Assembly: GCF_006345805.1 (NCBI RefSeq)
Contig: NC_043008.1
Span: 26,660,001 to 26,724,000, forward strand
DNA from: Octopus sinensis
Lineage: Eukaryota
Direction: 5' to 3'
DNA length: 64,000 bases
The notes beneath the pieces are model-generated. The model was not told the DNA's origin. It searched no databases and was given only the letters and a program-made list of their open reading frames with translations. Made by a program: the position numbers and the translations under genes. Numbering within the stretch: position 1 is the stretch's first letter; the number at the start of each line of letters is the position of its first letter. Below, in pieces: positions 1 through 12,429 of this stretch.

Positions 1-67
1 AGAATGAGCCATTGGTATTTTTTTTCCTGATGGGACCATTTTATTCTTAGTTACCTCAGTACTTTTA

Positions 68-480
68 TCTTATTCTTTTATTTGTTTCAGTCATTTGACT
101 GCGATCTTGCTGGAGCACTACCTTGAGGAGTTTTAGTAGAACATATTGACCTCAGGACTTATTTTTAAACCCTAGAACTTCTTCTATCAGTCTCTTTTAC
201 TGAACTGCAAGCTTACGGGCATGTAAACACACCAGTACTGGTTGTCAAGCAGTGATGGGGACAAACACAAAGACACACACACATAGATATTTACCCATAT
301 ACATATATATGTATACAACAGGCTTCTTTCAGTTTCCATCTACCAAATCTATTCACAAGTCTTTGGTCAGCCTAAGGCTACAGTGGAAGACGCTTGCCCA
401 AGGTGCCATGCAAAGTGACTGGGCCTAGAACCATGTGGTTGGGAAGCAAGCTTCTTACCATACAGCTACGCCTGTACCTA
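68..480 (-). mobile_element. tRNA-derived SINE, family B (CORE-like), near full length
   Basis: Reverse complement starts taggtacaggcgtagctgtatggtaag (A-box-like), contains ggcaccttgggcaagcgtcttcc (CORE-like) and ends gtcaaatgactgaaacaaataaaagaataag; homologous to copies at 56860-58270 and 60386-61310. Confidence 0.85.
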
Positions 481-720
481 TATTGCTAAGATTCTTTACT
501 AGACCTCTGGAGATGTTACCCACGATAAACCTGTGCCCATACAATTAGGAATGTTTATCTCAAGGTCGTTTTGATTCTAAGAAACTAGAACTGACAACCA
601 GTCCTTACAAGTCTGTCGACTGTGTTGTTTAGAAGTATTTATTGCGATGTTAAATTATTAAATGGAAGAAATCATTATTAACCTATTAAAAAAAGAGCAA
701 ACAAGTGAATGGAGATTCTA

Positions 721-760
721 TACATACATACATACATACATACATACATACATACATACA

Positions 761-790
<30 letters not shown>
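721..790. repeat. (TACA)n microsatellite
   Basis: Direct tandem array. Confidence 0.98.
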
Positions 791-791
<1 letters not shown>

Positions 792-844
792 GACTGGCAA
801 CATCCTTATCAGCAGTAACAGCAAGAAGATCTAACTAAGATTAA

Positions 845-1190
845 ATGTTGAATAGCAGAGGCATAAGCTCAATCCAGTCTTTGAGTGTTGTATTGTATCA
901 CTCAGACCACACCTACCTGCTGAAAAATAAAGAAAGAGACAAGTATATTAAATATATACTCAAAAGTGATAAAAACTACATCTTCAGAGTAGAGAAAGAA
1001 CTCCTGAAACTGTCTCACGTGACCCAAAGGAAGTTGAACTGATGAGCATCAATGAAAACTGGGGATCTAATCTTTCTCATTTGAGAGCTCCTCTTAATTT
1101 TGCTCGGATTGCTTTCAATTTTGATATATCGATGCAACTCTGAATTTTGATTACGATCAACCAATTACTTTATCTTGTAAATTAAAGAAT
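845..1190 (+). mobile_element. Possible decayed Penelope-like 3' end
   Basis: Short ORF ends KLN-stop overlapping ctgatga; downstream tgaattttgattacgatcaaccaat resembles 24220-24245. Weak. Confidence 0.25.
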
Positions 1191-1781
1191 CTGATGTTAT
1201 TTAGAATTAAAGTTGGGAAATCTGGGTAATCAGCAGACAGCATGGCATTAGCAGCTTGTTACCATGACAACCACAAACTGTGTTGTGCTTCACTGTTGTC
1301 TATGTACACTTTTCACATCACGAGATTCTTTTCATCCACATGTTTTGTTTTAATTTTTCTGTGTGTTAGTATATTACATATTTCTCTATTTTTAGTTTTT
1401 TCTGTGTGTTGGAATTTTTACATATTTTTTATTTTATATATTTTGGGGACTCATTGACTCAGTTCGATTTATGATTTCACTAGATTAATTCTATTCATAA
1501 AAATTTAAATTAGGAGTATTTCTTAAACCATCAGCTTCACATTTCAACAGCTTAACTGACATTTAGCCCACGTTACAGGAACTGAGAGGAATATCACAGA
1601 ACAGTGAAAGTGTGGGTGATACAGATAATTTGAATTCTGCATGCAAAAACATATAAGATACAGGTATTCTTTTCCTTGATAAAATTCTTTGTTGACCAGT
1701 GTTATTCTTATTGCAATTTACAAATCCAAGCATGAAAACATTACTCAACTTTGGAGTTTTGGAGATAGACGCCTCCTTTTC

Positions 1782-1835
<54 letters not shown>

Positions 1836-2329
1836 TAATGATGTACATAAATGCACTTATGTATTAATGATGTACATAAATACAGGTATACATAATACTG
1901 AAGTATACATAAAGTAAACACATGCAGACAAATATATTAATATAACAATCTTTTTAAAAAATGATAAAAACCTACAATCAAGGAAAGGACAAAAGAAACA
2001 GTAAGATGATACATGTTGATTATATTAGGTATTTCTTTTTATTTAGAAACCTACAATGAACAGGTCAGATGCTAAACTATAAATTTCACAGGATACAACC
2101 TTAAAGTTGATACCACTCTGCTAAATGCAGAAAATTTCTGTCTCATAATTGGCTAAAAATACCCAGCTTTTTTTATTTTTAAACCTCTGTAACTTTTTTC
2201 TCCAATTTCTTTTCTCCACAACATCATACCTTCAAAGCAATGAGACTGGAAGACTACATTATTATAGCCGATTTTCAGATTTTTTACTTCCTTTTAAAAA
2301 ATGCATATTTTGCGAATGAAAAAAACTAG

Positions 2330-3420
2330 ATCCAAAACTTGGAGAAGTATTCATCATATCAACAAAAAGCAATGCATGGGTACCTAACATTGATAGGAAG
2401 AGTTGCTGCTCCTGGATCTGTGGTAGATACAATACATCCCACCTTGAAGGAATATGCTTTTGCCATTCATGTTGTAGATTGCTACTTAATATGTTATAGC
2501 CATGATATAAGAGTTGTTGTGAAGGCATGTTGCTTAGTGGTTAGAGTATTTGGCTCACTATTATAAGGTCATGAGTTCAGTTCCCAGTGACATTTTGTGT
2601 CCTTGAGCTAGACACTTTATTTCACATTGCTCCAGTCCACTCAGCTAGCAAAAATGAGTAGTATCTGTATTTTAAAAGGCCATCCTTGTCACATTATGGG
2701 CCACACTGAATCTTCCTGAGAACTACGTCAAGGGTATGCATGTCAGTGGAGTGCTCAGCCACTTGCATGTTAATTTCATGAGCAGGCTGTTCCATTGTGT
2801 TGGATCAACCGGAACCCTTGTCATCATAAGCAAGAGAGTGCCCATTAAGCTATCAAAGTTGTAAGTTGCATATTTGTCCCCCATAAATGTTCTCTTTCTC
2901 TGGGTTTGAGATGGTACAAATAAGAGACAAAGATGTCACCAAACTTCCACATGGTGACAGAAAATGCTGGGTATGCTACATCAGTGTAGAAGATACAACA
3001 TCATCAGCATTTCCCCAAAATTTCAGCAAAGATATTACCTACCCTTGGGACATAGTACAGTTGCAAATCTATTTACAATCAATGCTAACTGCAGGGAGAA
3101 TTGCCCTGATAGATATATCAAAGACATGTCAGAACCAAGATGTATTTATACCTACAAAAATAAGGAAATTGGTGGAATATTCCAATAAAAACAGAAATTC
3201 AGTACAAGCGTGACAGATCTGGTATGATTCTGTGGGACAGGGAACAAACATCATACACCATTGCAGAGGTCTGCTGCCCAGAAGATAGAAATGTACCAAC
3301 TAAAACCTAGAAAGAGAACATTTATGGTGAAAAAATGTGTAACTTACAAAATCTTTGCTATAGATGTTCATTTGTACCTCTCATCATAGGTACATTAAGC
3401 AATGTCTCTGGATTTGCATG
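2330..3420 (+). mobile_element. R4/Dong-clade non-LTR retrotransposon relic (zinc knuckle + restriction-like endonuclease), interrupted by a SINE
   Basis: Frameshifted pieces YQQKAMHGYL, IDRKSCCSWICGRYNTSHLEG/YAFAIH, RDKDVTKLPHGDRKCWVC, RYYLPLGH, WWNIPIKT, LWDREQTSYTIAEVCCPEDRNV, FVPLIIGTLSNV follow the order of R4/Dong C-termini. Confidence 0.8.
2519..2842 (+). mobile_element. tRNA-derived SINE, family C
   Basis: A-box-like ttgcttagtggttag, B-box-like gagttcagttccc, CORE-like gtgtccttgagctagacacttt. Confidence 0.8.
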
Positions 3421-3639
3421 AAAACCCGAAATACCAGCACATCCTAAGAAAAAGTAAATAAAAAAATGCTGATGTGCATCCCCCAAATATAATCTATTGG
3501 TGGCACCAACCCACACGCAAACATCTAAGCACTAAAGACACAAGTTCATATGGAACACAAATGCAGGTGCATACACCTACATATATGCATACACCAACTC
3601 AATTGAATATTTACAAAGCCCCAGGTACTTTCATAACTC

Positions 3640-3875
3640 ATAAAGTCTTGTTGCCTTGTTAATGACTGGCTTCAACTCCATTAAGAGCTTAGATAAATCT
3701 CAAAGAAAGTATGCATACATCATACTTGGCAAGATAGAAAAAAATGGACAAATTTCTAAATATCACACTTTAAATATACTAACAGATAGATAGAATGATT
3801 ATACCTGAAATGCCTTTCATCATAGGTCTGCTCAGTCACTGCTGATTTAGGAATAAATGACATCAGCAACAACAA
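3640..3875 (+). mobile_element. Decayed short retro-element with (CAA)n-type tail, family E
   Basis: ataggtctgctcagtca...cagcaacaacaa matches 55710-55757; reverse copies near 13005 and 13940. Confidence 0.5.
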
Positions 3876-4196
3876 TTACACAGAAAACTTACTTGAAATC
3901 AGTGTATCACAAAAAACTCTCTAACTATCTAACTATCTGCTTCTCTGAACATCCTTCTGCCAAACAAGCCAAACATATCTGTTCATCTCAAGATTAGGGA
4001 CATTTGACTCTATCTATGAACACAATATCTCAAATGTGACCATCACATGCTCTTTTTTTGTAAACTTAGTGCACCTTTGGTCACATAATACAATCTTTTT
4101 TTTTGTTATTTTTTCTTCCAAACTAAACATGTGGAAGGTTTGTTATTTCTAGTAAGTGAAGCAACTCTGTAAAGTGTTGTTTCTAGGCTTATATTA

Positions 4197-4368
4197 TGCA
4201 TGCTTGCATGCATGCATACATACATACATACATACATACATACATACATACATACATACATACATACATACATACATACATGCATACATGCATACATACA
4301 CACATACATATATATATATATACACACACACATACATACTTACATATGTACACACGCACACACACACA
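4197..4368. repeat. Compound (TACA)n/(TA)n/(CA)n microsatellite
   Basis: Direct tandem arrays. Confidence 0.97.
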
Positions 4369-4399
4369 TGTCCATTATTTAACTTTTTGTTGGAATGAA

Positions 4400-4610
4400 A
4401 TTAATGGGAGATCAATCTCCTTATCTTCTTGGATAAGATTCTAATCTATTTCAGGTTTGTTTCTAACACTACTTGATTTATGTTATAGATAGGTCAGGTG
4501 TGGTGTATAAAATTGACAATAGTGTACTAACACACAACATTGTATGTCTACAAAGAATTTGAACTGGTGACATTTGAGCTGTTAGTCTAATACTCTACTC
4601 ATTCAGCTGT
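4400..4610 (-). mobile_element. Old tRNA-derived SINE relic
   Basis: Reverse complement has a tRNA-like head gctgaatgagtagagtattag...ccagttcaaattc. Confidence 0.4.
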
Positions 4611-5769
4611 TTTACTTCTGTAGATTATCAATACATTCTCAGCATGTCACTTAACTGCATGATGCTAATGAAGCACAGCTGATTACTTTGTAAAAACACA
4701 GCTGGAGTAATTAAAACAAATTAAACATAAAGTAAAGCTTTTGGCAGTGGGTCGAAACCTAGGATTTCCCTGGATGACGTTGAATGAATTTTTTAATTAC
4801 ATCTGTAAATTATTGTAATTAATTTCATTAATTGGTGTGTTTCTTTTTAATTAATTATTATTGATTTGTGTTAATTACAAATATAATTACTTCAGGAAAA
4901 TATTACAGTGAATAAAATCCAACAAAAGACGTCACAACAACCAAAGTAAAAAGAATTTTTCATGAATAAACTCATTCAAACATACATCAAGCTTATACAG
5001 TCACATAGATGTAAAAATCATACACGTTCCAGCATTTAAGATGAAGTGACTCAATGAAAAACACTTTATTTGTTAATGCAAAACTAAGCTCTCATTAATC
5101 AATAACAAATAATGTTATTAATGCTAAAATTACCAGTAGTAAAATTTTAGTAGAAGTGTGAACAGGCTTAGAACAAGATAAAATAACCCTAGAATCTTTT
5201 TGGAAAATTTCGAAACAATAATATTGTGCGCAAATTTGTGGAACGTTTACATCACATAAAATTTACAACTATAGCAAAAACAATGATGGAAAATCACATC
5301 AATTACACACTACTGAAAATTTTATAATCATAGAGCATCTTCTTAAAGTAACAAATATTGTGATAATGAAACTCAAAGTGTCCTTGTTATAGACACAATG
5401 CATACACACTCACACAAACAGACACACACACAGACGCAAATGCACGTGTGCACACACACACACACAAAACACTTCCCACATGCAAGTATGTGCAGACAGA
5501 TAGAGGCTTTCTGTGTGTGTATATGAATATACATATGTGTGTGTGTGTGTATATATATATGTATATATTTTAAAGTATGCATACTCTTAATACAATCACA
5601 CACACCTCACTCACAGACACATACATACACATAAACACAGATGCAGAGTTTTAATAACAAGTTCACTCAGCTCAATATTACCCAAAGTTTTATGGACATA
5701 TTACCAATTGTATGGAGTCAGAGTGGAAACACTTGTAAAGAAAGTTTAAAATGTCTTTTGAGTGATAAT

Positions 5770-6015
5770 ATTTATTTCTTTATTTCTTTATTGGCCACAG
5801 GGGGATAAACATAGAGGGGACAAACAAAGACAGGCAAAGGGATTAAGTCAGTTACATCGATCCCGAGTGTGTAACTGGTACTTATTTAATTGACCCCAAA
5901 AGGATGAATGGCAAAGTTGACCTCGGCAGAATTTGAACTCAGAATGTAATGCCAGACGAAATACTGTTAAGCATTTTGCTTGGCATGCTAACGATTCTGC
6001 CAGCTCACTGCTCTT
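5770..6015 (-). mobile_element. tRNA-derived SINE, family A, full length
   Basis: Reverse complement gagctggcagaatcgttagc...gagttcaaattctgccgaggtcaactttgccattcatcc...aataaagaaataag; homologous to 41093-41435, 55262-55442, 61791-61963. Confidence 0.9.
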
Positions 6016-6703
6016 TTGAGTGAGAACATTGAGACTTCCAATTGGTAAGTTCCTGTCACATGGGTGCTTCAGCTAGACTTTTCATTATGTTTCACTTGAT
6101 TGGCAGACTGGATAGTAGTGAGCATTCTATAAGGTGTGGTATTTTAATGACAACAACTACCACTTGATGAGGCAAGAAGGAAGGTGGTGTCAGGTTACAT
6201 GTCAGTTTGTGTGACCAGCTGAGTGACAGCAATCTACATTTACAATATTTTGAATAGGTAATACTTTTATTAGTAGTAGTTGGGATTATTTAGCCTTCAA
6301 TTGTACATAAACCAACAAACCTAGAGTGGTATTTTTGTGTTATCATCAGGCAATGGTAGGAAGTTCATAAATAGGTTCTATCTTTGGTGTCAACTATAAG
6401 GTAGGTCAGTTTTCCTTTTGAATGATACTACAGACTGCTGATACATATGTAGATTTTCACAGAGGCAGAACTGTCAAATATGAACTATAAGTAAGGAAGC
6501 ATGCTGTCAAAGATATTACATGTGGTGTTGGGAAGGTTGCTTTCTGAATACAAGAATCTTCAGATGAAAGACAACGTGTAAGTACATGCACCACCTATGT
6601 GTTTTAGAGTTTTGTACCACCACACATGCATTACAGCCAATGATTTTAGGGAAGATTTATACAACAATGTTTTCATTCAGGTGTATGGATCAAGAAACCT
6701 GTA

Positions 6704-7478
6704 CTCCGAGTAAAAGGAAGATTGTATGATGCGTGTATACAGACAGCAATTCTACATGGTATTGAGTCATGGGCCCTAAATGCAGAAGACATGCGAAGGT
6801 TAGAAAGGAATGAGACTAGTATGCTCTGCTGGACGTGTAATGTAAGTGTACATGTTTGACAAAGTCCTAGGGGTACTGAGAGAGAAGTTAGGCATAAGAG
6901 GAATTAGATACTGTGTGCAAGAGAGAAGACTGCACTAGTTTCATCATGTGATGCAGATGGATGCTGACAGCTCCATAAAGCAGTGCTGATCTCTCAAAAT
7001 AGATGAAGCATGTGGAAGACACAGGAGGACATGGGATGAAGGACTGAATAATGATCTCAGAACGCTTCCAGGCAAGACAACAAAGGAACAGGATGCCTGG
7101 TGCCTTGATGAACCCAAGAAGACCAAGTTTGGTGCCATTGGTGGAAACGATTGACCTGCAAGAGTCCAGTGCCAGTGCCTCATAAAAAGCACTTTTGACA
7201 ATTCTACATAGAAGTGCCCATGTGGTGTCATGTTAAAGCACACATGAGGTGCCATATAAAACCATCCATGTGGTACCACATAAGATCACTTGTATGGTGC
7301 CACATAAAAGCATCCAGCACACTCTGTAAAGTGGTTGGTGTTAGGAAGGGCACCCAGCTGTAGAAACCATTCCAAATCAGACTGGAGCCTGGTGCAGCTC
7401 TCTGGCCTGCCAATTTTGATCACACCATCCTACCCAAGCCAGCAAGGACAATGAATATTAAATAATGATGATTATTAT
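6704..7478 (+). mobile_element. 5'-truncated RTE-clade LINE (ORF2 C-terminus + 3' UTR)
   Basis: LRVKGRLYDACIQTAILHGIESWALNAEDMRRLERNETSMLCW...LREKLGIRGIRYCVQERRL; 3' UTR with ggttggtgttaggaagggcacccagctgtagaaacc and decayed (GAT)n tail. Confidence 0.88.
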
Positions 7479-7620
7479 ATATATTTATACACATACACAC
7501 ACATGCATTAGTATATGTGTGTGTGAGTGTGTGTCTGTGTACATATGTATTAGTATGTATGTGTATGCATGTACATGCATCTGTATATGTTATATACATA
7601 CATATATATATACACATATA

Positions 7621-9058
7621 TCTCTATATATATAAAACTGAGAATGTGTGTCTGTATGTCTGTCTGTTTGTGTGTTTCCCTAAAACTTGAGAACTACACA
7701 ATCAAATTCATTCAAATTTTACACATGTCTTACTGAGGGTCCGGGGAGTGTCATCGGCAAAAAAGTTTTTAACTTTTTGCCTAGGGTGAGCCCATAGCAA
7801 TATCATATCTTCTCCACTATGATTCTCTAAAACTTGAGAACTACACAACCAATTTCATTCAAATTTTACACATGCCTTACTTAGAGTCCATGTAGTTTCA
7901 TGGGAAAAAAATGTTCAACTTCTTGCTTAGGGCGAGCCCATAGCAATATCATATCTTCTCCACTATTTCAGTATTACGTGTTAAAAGTGAAACAAAAACA
8001 TTTCTCTATTTTATGTCAGATACTTTCACTTTAACAATAAAAATTAGAGATAATAATAGCAATTGAATTATATGTAGTAAGTAATAATTAAAATCAAACT
8101 AAAGTATAATATAATCGTAACATAACAAAAGTAAAAATAGCAATTGGTATAAAATTGCATCAATGACTTGAACTTGAATAAGTGGTTTCACATGAATGGG
8201 AATAAATTAAAAATAAAATTAGTTGCATTTGTTAAATAATTGTAAACATTAACCCTCCCCCTTTGGGAGAAGGAGCTTTGGTTATTGTTTAAAATTGAAT
8301 TGTGTCCCTGTTTGGGGAAATTGACAATATTTTCATCGTTTATACGGAAGCATTTTTGTTAGAATGCCTTCGATAGAAGAAAGACCAAAAATGTATTTCA
8401 CTGCAGCCGTTGGCGGGCGCGAACTCCTTAAAATTAAAATGAACGAAATGCAAACCTACTTCAGATTGATCCCCGACAAAGACGGTGAATCTAGGATAAC
8501 ACCACCAAACGAAATGAAAAATTAAATTAAAGAAAAGGCTATTGTCTATAAAGTATACAATTTGGAGGAAAAAAAGATTTGAACACCTGGAGGAAAGCAC
8601 CATCAAAAAGTGTCTTGGTGCGACCAGAGGTGGTAAATTTGCCACAATAGAAGCAAGGTTTGAGTCAACGGAGCGTGCAAGGAAGTACTTGACTTGAACC
8701 TTGCAAAGTGGAAATATTTTACTTTTACCTTTATATCTGGGATGTAGGACGTCCCAGATAAAAATTTTAAATGTTGCACCAGAAGTAGAGGTAGACTGGA
8801 TTGTAGCCACACTTCTATACAAGAGGGAGGACAAGATACAATTGATCGAAATTGCAAGAGACGGGCCTACAATTCCAGTCTGTTATATATTTTGAGTATT
8901 GTTATCACTAGCGATATCAAGATATAACTTTGTATTTTGTATTTTATGTGTACATGTATATATATATATATAGATGTACATGTAATATGTACACATATAT
9001 ATACACATATATACATGCACTAGCACTATGACCCGGCAATGACGGGTCATAATGCTAG
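7621..9058 (+). mobile_element. Non-autonomous Helitron
   Basis: A|TC 5' end (tctctatatatataaaactgagaatgtgtgtctg); 3' hairpin tatgacccg/cgggtcata (9027-9051) then CTAG|T (9055-9059); no TSD; internal 147-bp tandem duplication 7679-7966. Confidence 0.8.
8364..8895 (+). pseudogene. LINE ORF1-like (L1/Tx1-type, RRM-like) fragment inside the Helitron
   Basis: MPSIEERPKMYFTAAVGGRELLKIKMNEMQ...IKEKAIVYKVYNLEEKK/FEHLEESTIKKCLGATRGGKFATIEARFESTERARKY...LLPLYLGCRTSQIKILNVAPEVEVDWIVA; two internal stops and one frameshift; aligns by eye with 57153-57338. Confidence 0.6.
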
Positions 9059-9060
9059 TA

Positions 9061-9093
<33 letters not shown>

Positions 9094-9165
9094 ATATATA
9101 TATAATATATATATATATATAATATATATATATATATTATATATATATATATATGTATATGTATT
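9059..9165. repeat. (TA)n/(TATG)n microsatellite
   Basis: Direct tandem arrays. Confidence 0.97.
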
Positions 9166-10063
9166 TCTCAAAGAAATATAAATTTCTATTTAATGTTTTG
9201 GACATAGGTCCTTCATTAGACAGGGAATTTTAAAAAAAGAATAGAAATAAAATCATGTGAGAAAAACGGTACAAAAGATTTGAATACATTTCAATTTATT
9301 TTTGTACCATACAGAAATGATATTGATGAAACACAAAAAAAAGAAAAAGAAAATTGTTTTATATACAGTAGATTGGAAGGGGGACAATGTATTGAGTGCA
9401 TCCATGAGTATGTATGTTTTTGTAGTGTTTGTATGTGGTAGTTGTTCATGCTTTTCTGTTTATAGTTTATTTTTATTTTTGGATTGTGGATGTTTTTCAG
9501 TTTTTGCTGTGTGATGAGTATCTGTTCTCTGTCTTGTGTTTGTGGTTATGTGTATGTGTTGCATGCTTTGCATTTTGTTTACAGTGTGTATGTGTGTGTT
9601 GCTCTTTAACATATGTGTATTTGTTGACATTACATGTATGTATCTGTTTGAAGTTGAATATATTTAAAAATTTGTTCTGTGTGTGTTTGTGTTTGTTGTT
9701 TGTTTAGGAATATGTGCATATTAATTCTATTTCAAGTCAGTGCATAGTGATGAATATGCAGTGACGTATTTGTGAATGGGTACTGTCTACAACTTCATAG
9801 CAAGAATTTGGCTGAGTTGGTAAAATAGAGGTTACATAAGTGGAAATGGCCAATAACTATTGGAGCTTTGCATGCTTCAGGAATTGTTTACCAACAGCTA
9901 CTTTCAGATCAAATCTCAACCCAAAGTGTGTTGGCAACATCCCCAGTCCAAGTATTGGCAATGTATCATGTTTAGTTTGTTTAGTTGAGTAAACAGCATA
10001 TTCTAAATATGAGCATCTGATTAATTAGCAAATACTCATCAAACTGCAGCAAAGAATCATTCA

Positions 10064-10960
10064 TAATAATAATAATAATAATGAAATTATTGTATACAGT
10101 GCTCAGGTGCACGACAACTTGTCAAAAGTACATATAAAGCATATGCAGTAATGTACAAATGCCTGGAAAGTGAACAGTGTATGAGTCAGACACATGCTTG
10201 CATGTGTATGGAGGGGAGCAAAGTCAGGTGTAGTGTTGGCAAATCTCAGAAGCATGGAAGTTTTGAAGGATGCAGTGCTCCAACAACTAACAACTGATGC
10301 TGGCAGTTTGTTCCATACTTCAGCAACTCTTAGTGTGAAAAAATGCTTCCGAAAGTCATGGGAGCTGTGCTGTTTTCTGATTTTGGGAACATGTCCACGG
10401 GTGTTAGACAGGTGGAGTTTGAAAAGGTGCTCAGATTTATTGTTAGTAAGATGGTTAATAATTTTATGGGTGTCTTCCAAGTCAGCTGCCAGACGTTGGA
10501 GTTTCAATGTATCCATGCCCAAGGAAGTAAGGCGTTCAGAATATGGCAAATGCCTGATGGAGGGTATTCTCTTGGTTGCACGTCACTGAATGGTTTCCAG
10601 ATGATTAATATCCTGGGAAAGATAGGGGTTCCAGACTGGTGATGAAATTCCAGGTGAGGCCGCACCATAGCTATATAAAGCCTCAGATAGATAGCCGGAA
10701 AGCGGCTCACAAAGGACTTGGTAAATGATGCCAAGACACCCTTGGCCTTCTTGGCAATTTTAGCAATGTGTTTTGTCCAATACAAATTACTGTCAACAAT
10801 AATGCCAAGGTCACGTTCATACGAAGACTTTTTGAGATTAGTGTTGTGGGGGAAATAAGTAGCCGCTGGGTTTTTCCTTCCAAAATGCATGGTGGTACAT
10901 TTGTCCAGAGCCAGCTTAAGTTGCCAGTCCATGATCCATTGCTGCATTGCATGAATGTAT
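10064..10960 (-). mobile_element. 5'-truncated CR1-clade LINE (RT C-terminus + 3' UTR + (TAT)n tail)
   Basis: QQWIMDWQLKLALDKCTTMHFG, ERDLGIIVDSNL, LYIAMVRPHLEF, YSERLTSLG, TRGH, FFTLRVAEVWNKLP; (taa)n on + strand at 10064-10083. Confidence 0.93.
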
Positions 10961-12429
10961 TGTATCTTCTCTGACTTCTCTACCATTACTACAGTGGTAT
11001 TCTCTTCTGAACAAGCAGGGTGTCGTGATCAAAGCTAGGTCTTACTGAAAATCGCCACACTCCTTGAGAAGTCAAGGGAACACATTCTGATTTTTAGTTC
11101 AGTTTCTAAGGTTTTCTACTCCTTTTCATACTAACTTTATCAGAGTATATACAGGATACATTTTATCAAAATACCAACATTGCGGGGTTACCAGACCCTT
11201 GACAAGATTAAAAGGCCTACTGAACTCCACAATGATGCTGTCTAGTTAAGTCAGAATGACAATGATAAAAGAAAAGTGAGTGATGATAGAAGGACCAAAG
11301 TGTGCAATTGGGAGAAGGGTGTGATGAGAAGACAGAGAATGATTGAGATCTGAGATTGGTAAATGCAAGAGGGAAAATTGGTAGTGCTGAGATAACTAAT
11401 GGAGGTGAGCTAGTATTGGTAGTTGCATGCTTACCACTGAGAAGGGATCAAATGATAGATGGTTACAGAAATGGGCAATGGTAACAGAAGTTAATTGAGG
11501 TTTAAAATGAATGATCTGGGGAAGAGGAAGTGATAGGTGATAGTACAGAAATTTAATTGTAGTGTATGTATAATATGAACTCAGCTGAATCTATCTCTCA
11601 GATATAGGTTTGGTGGTAGATTATGTAGGGTTTCCTTACTATTCTATACTGTATGATAAAAAGAACGAAAAAACAAATAGAAGACATAAAATATTTGAGA
11701 AATCAGTTGCTAAAATTATTAAGACATACAATAAAAAATATTTTAAATTTAAGATATTTTCTATAGAATTCCTAATTTACAACAAAGTAAAAATAAAGTA
11801 AATGGAATTTGATTTGAGATAAAAACAGTAGATTCAGCAGATACAACTATAGAAAAACTGTTATAGGATGGGGAAAAAAATTAAAACTAGTGTAAAATTA
11901 ATTATGTTGTAACCAAAATAAAACTTTTTACTGATTAACATATGATAGAAGACAAGAAGACAAGAGAACTTCCCTTGGTTGTAACTCGTGAAGCTGTCTT
12001 ACATTAGATGTTCAATTTAATTGAATTCTTCTGATCAGCGGTATCTGTTCAATTGATCTTGAGATGACACTAGTTTGGTTGACCCCATGAGTTTTCTGAT
12101 AATCTGAAAAGAAAAGCAGGTGTATAGTGTGAGCTATGTAACTACTTTTTATAGTCTGGCTACCTCTTCTAACTCTTTCACACATCCATACAGATAGAAC
12201 TGGTCTGTTTAAGTTCTATGTCTTTGGGGCGTAGAAACAATATGGTGCTGGTGACAGTAAAAAAACTTTCAATTTGTTGGATGCTTGATTAGTCTTTATG
12301 TATTCTATCATATTTCAAAAATGTAATTAAGTGCCGTATTTTTGAAAGATATTCTCTGACAGTAAAGATACAATGAATATTCTAGAAGTGTTTTTAACTG
12401 AATGCACTATTTGGTCAGCTGGCTTGTTG

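Noticed and set aside
7223-7318. CRISPR-like array
   Set aside because: Units are contiguous 24-nt diverged tandem repeats with no spacers, inside a LINE 3' UTR in eukaryotic DNA.
12003-12103. Minus-strand exon with good acceptor and gtaaga donor
   Set aside because: All three frames contain stops; could only be non-coding, with no further evidence.
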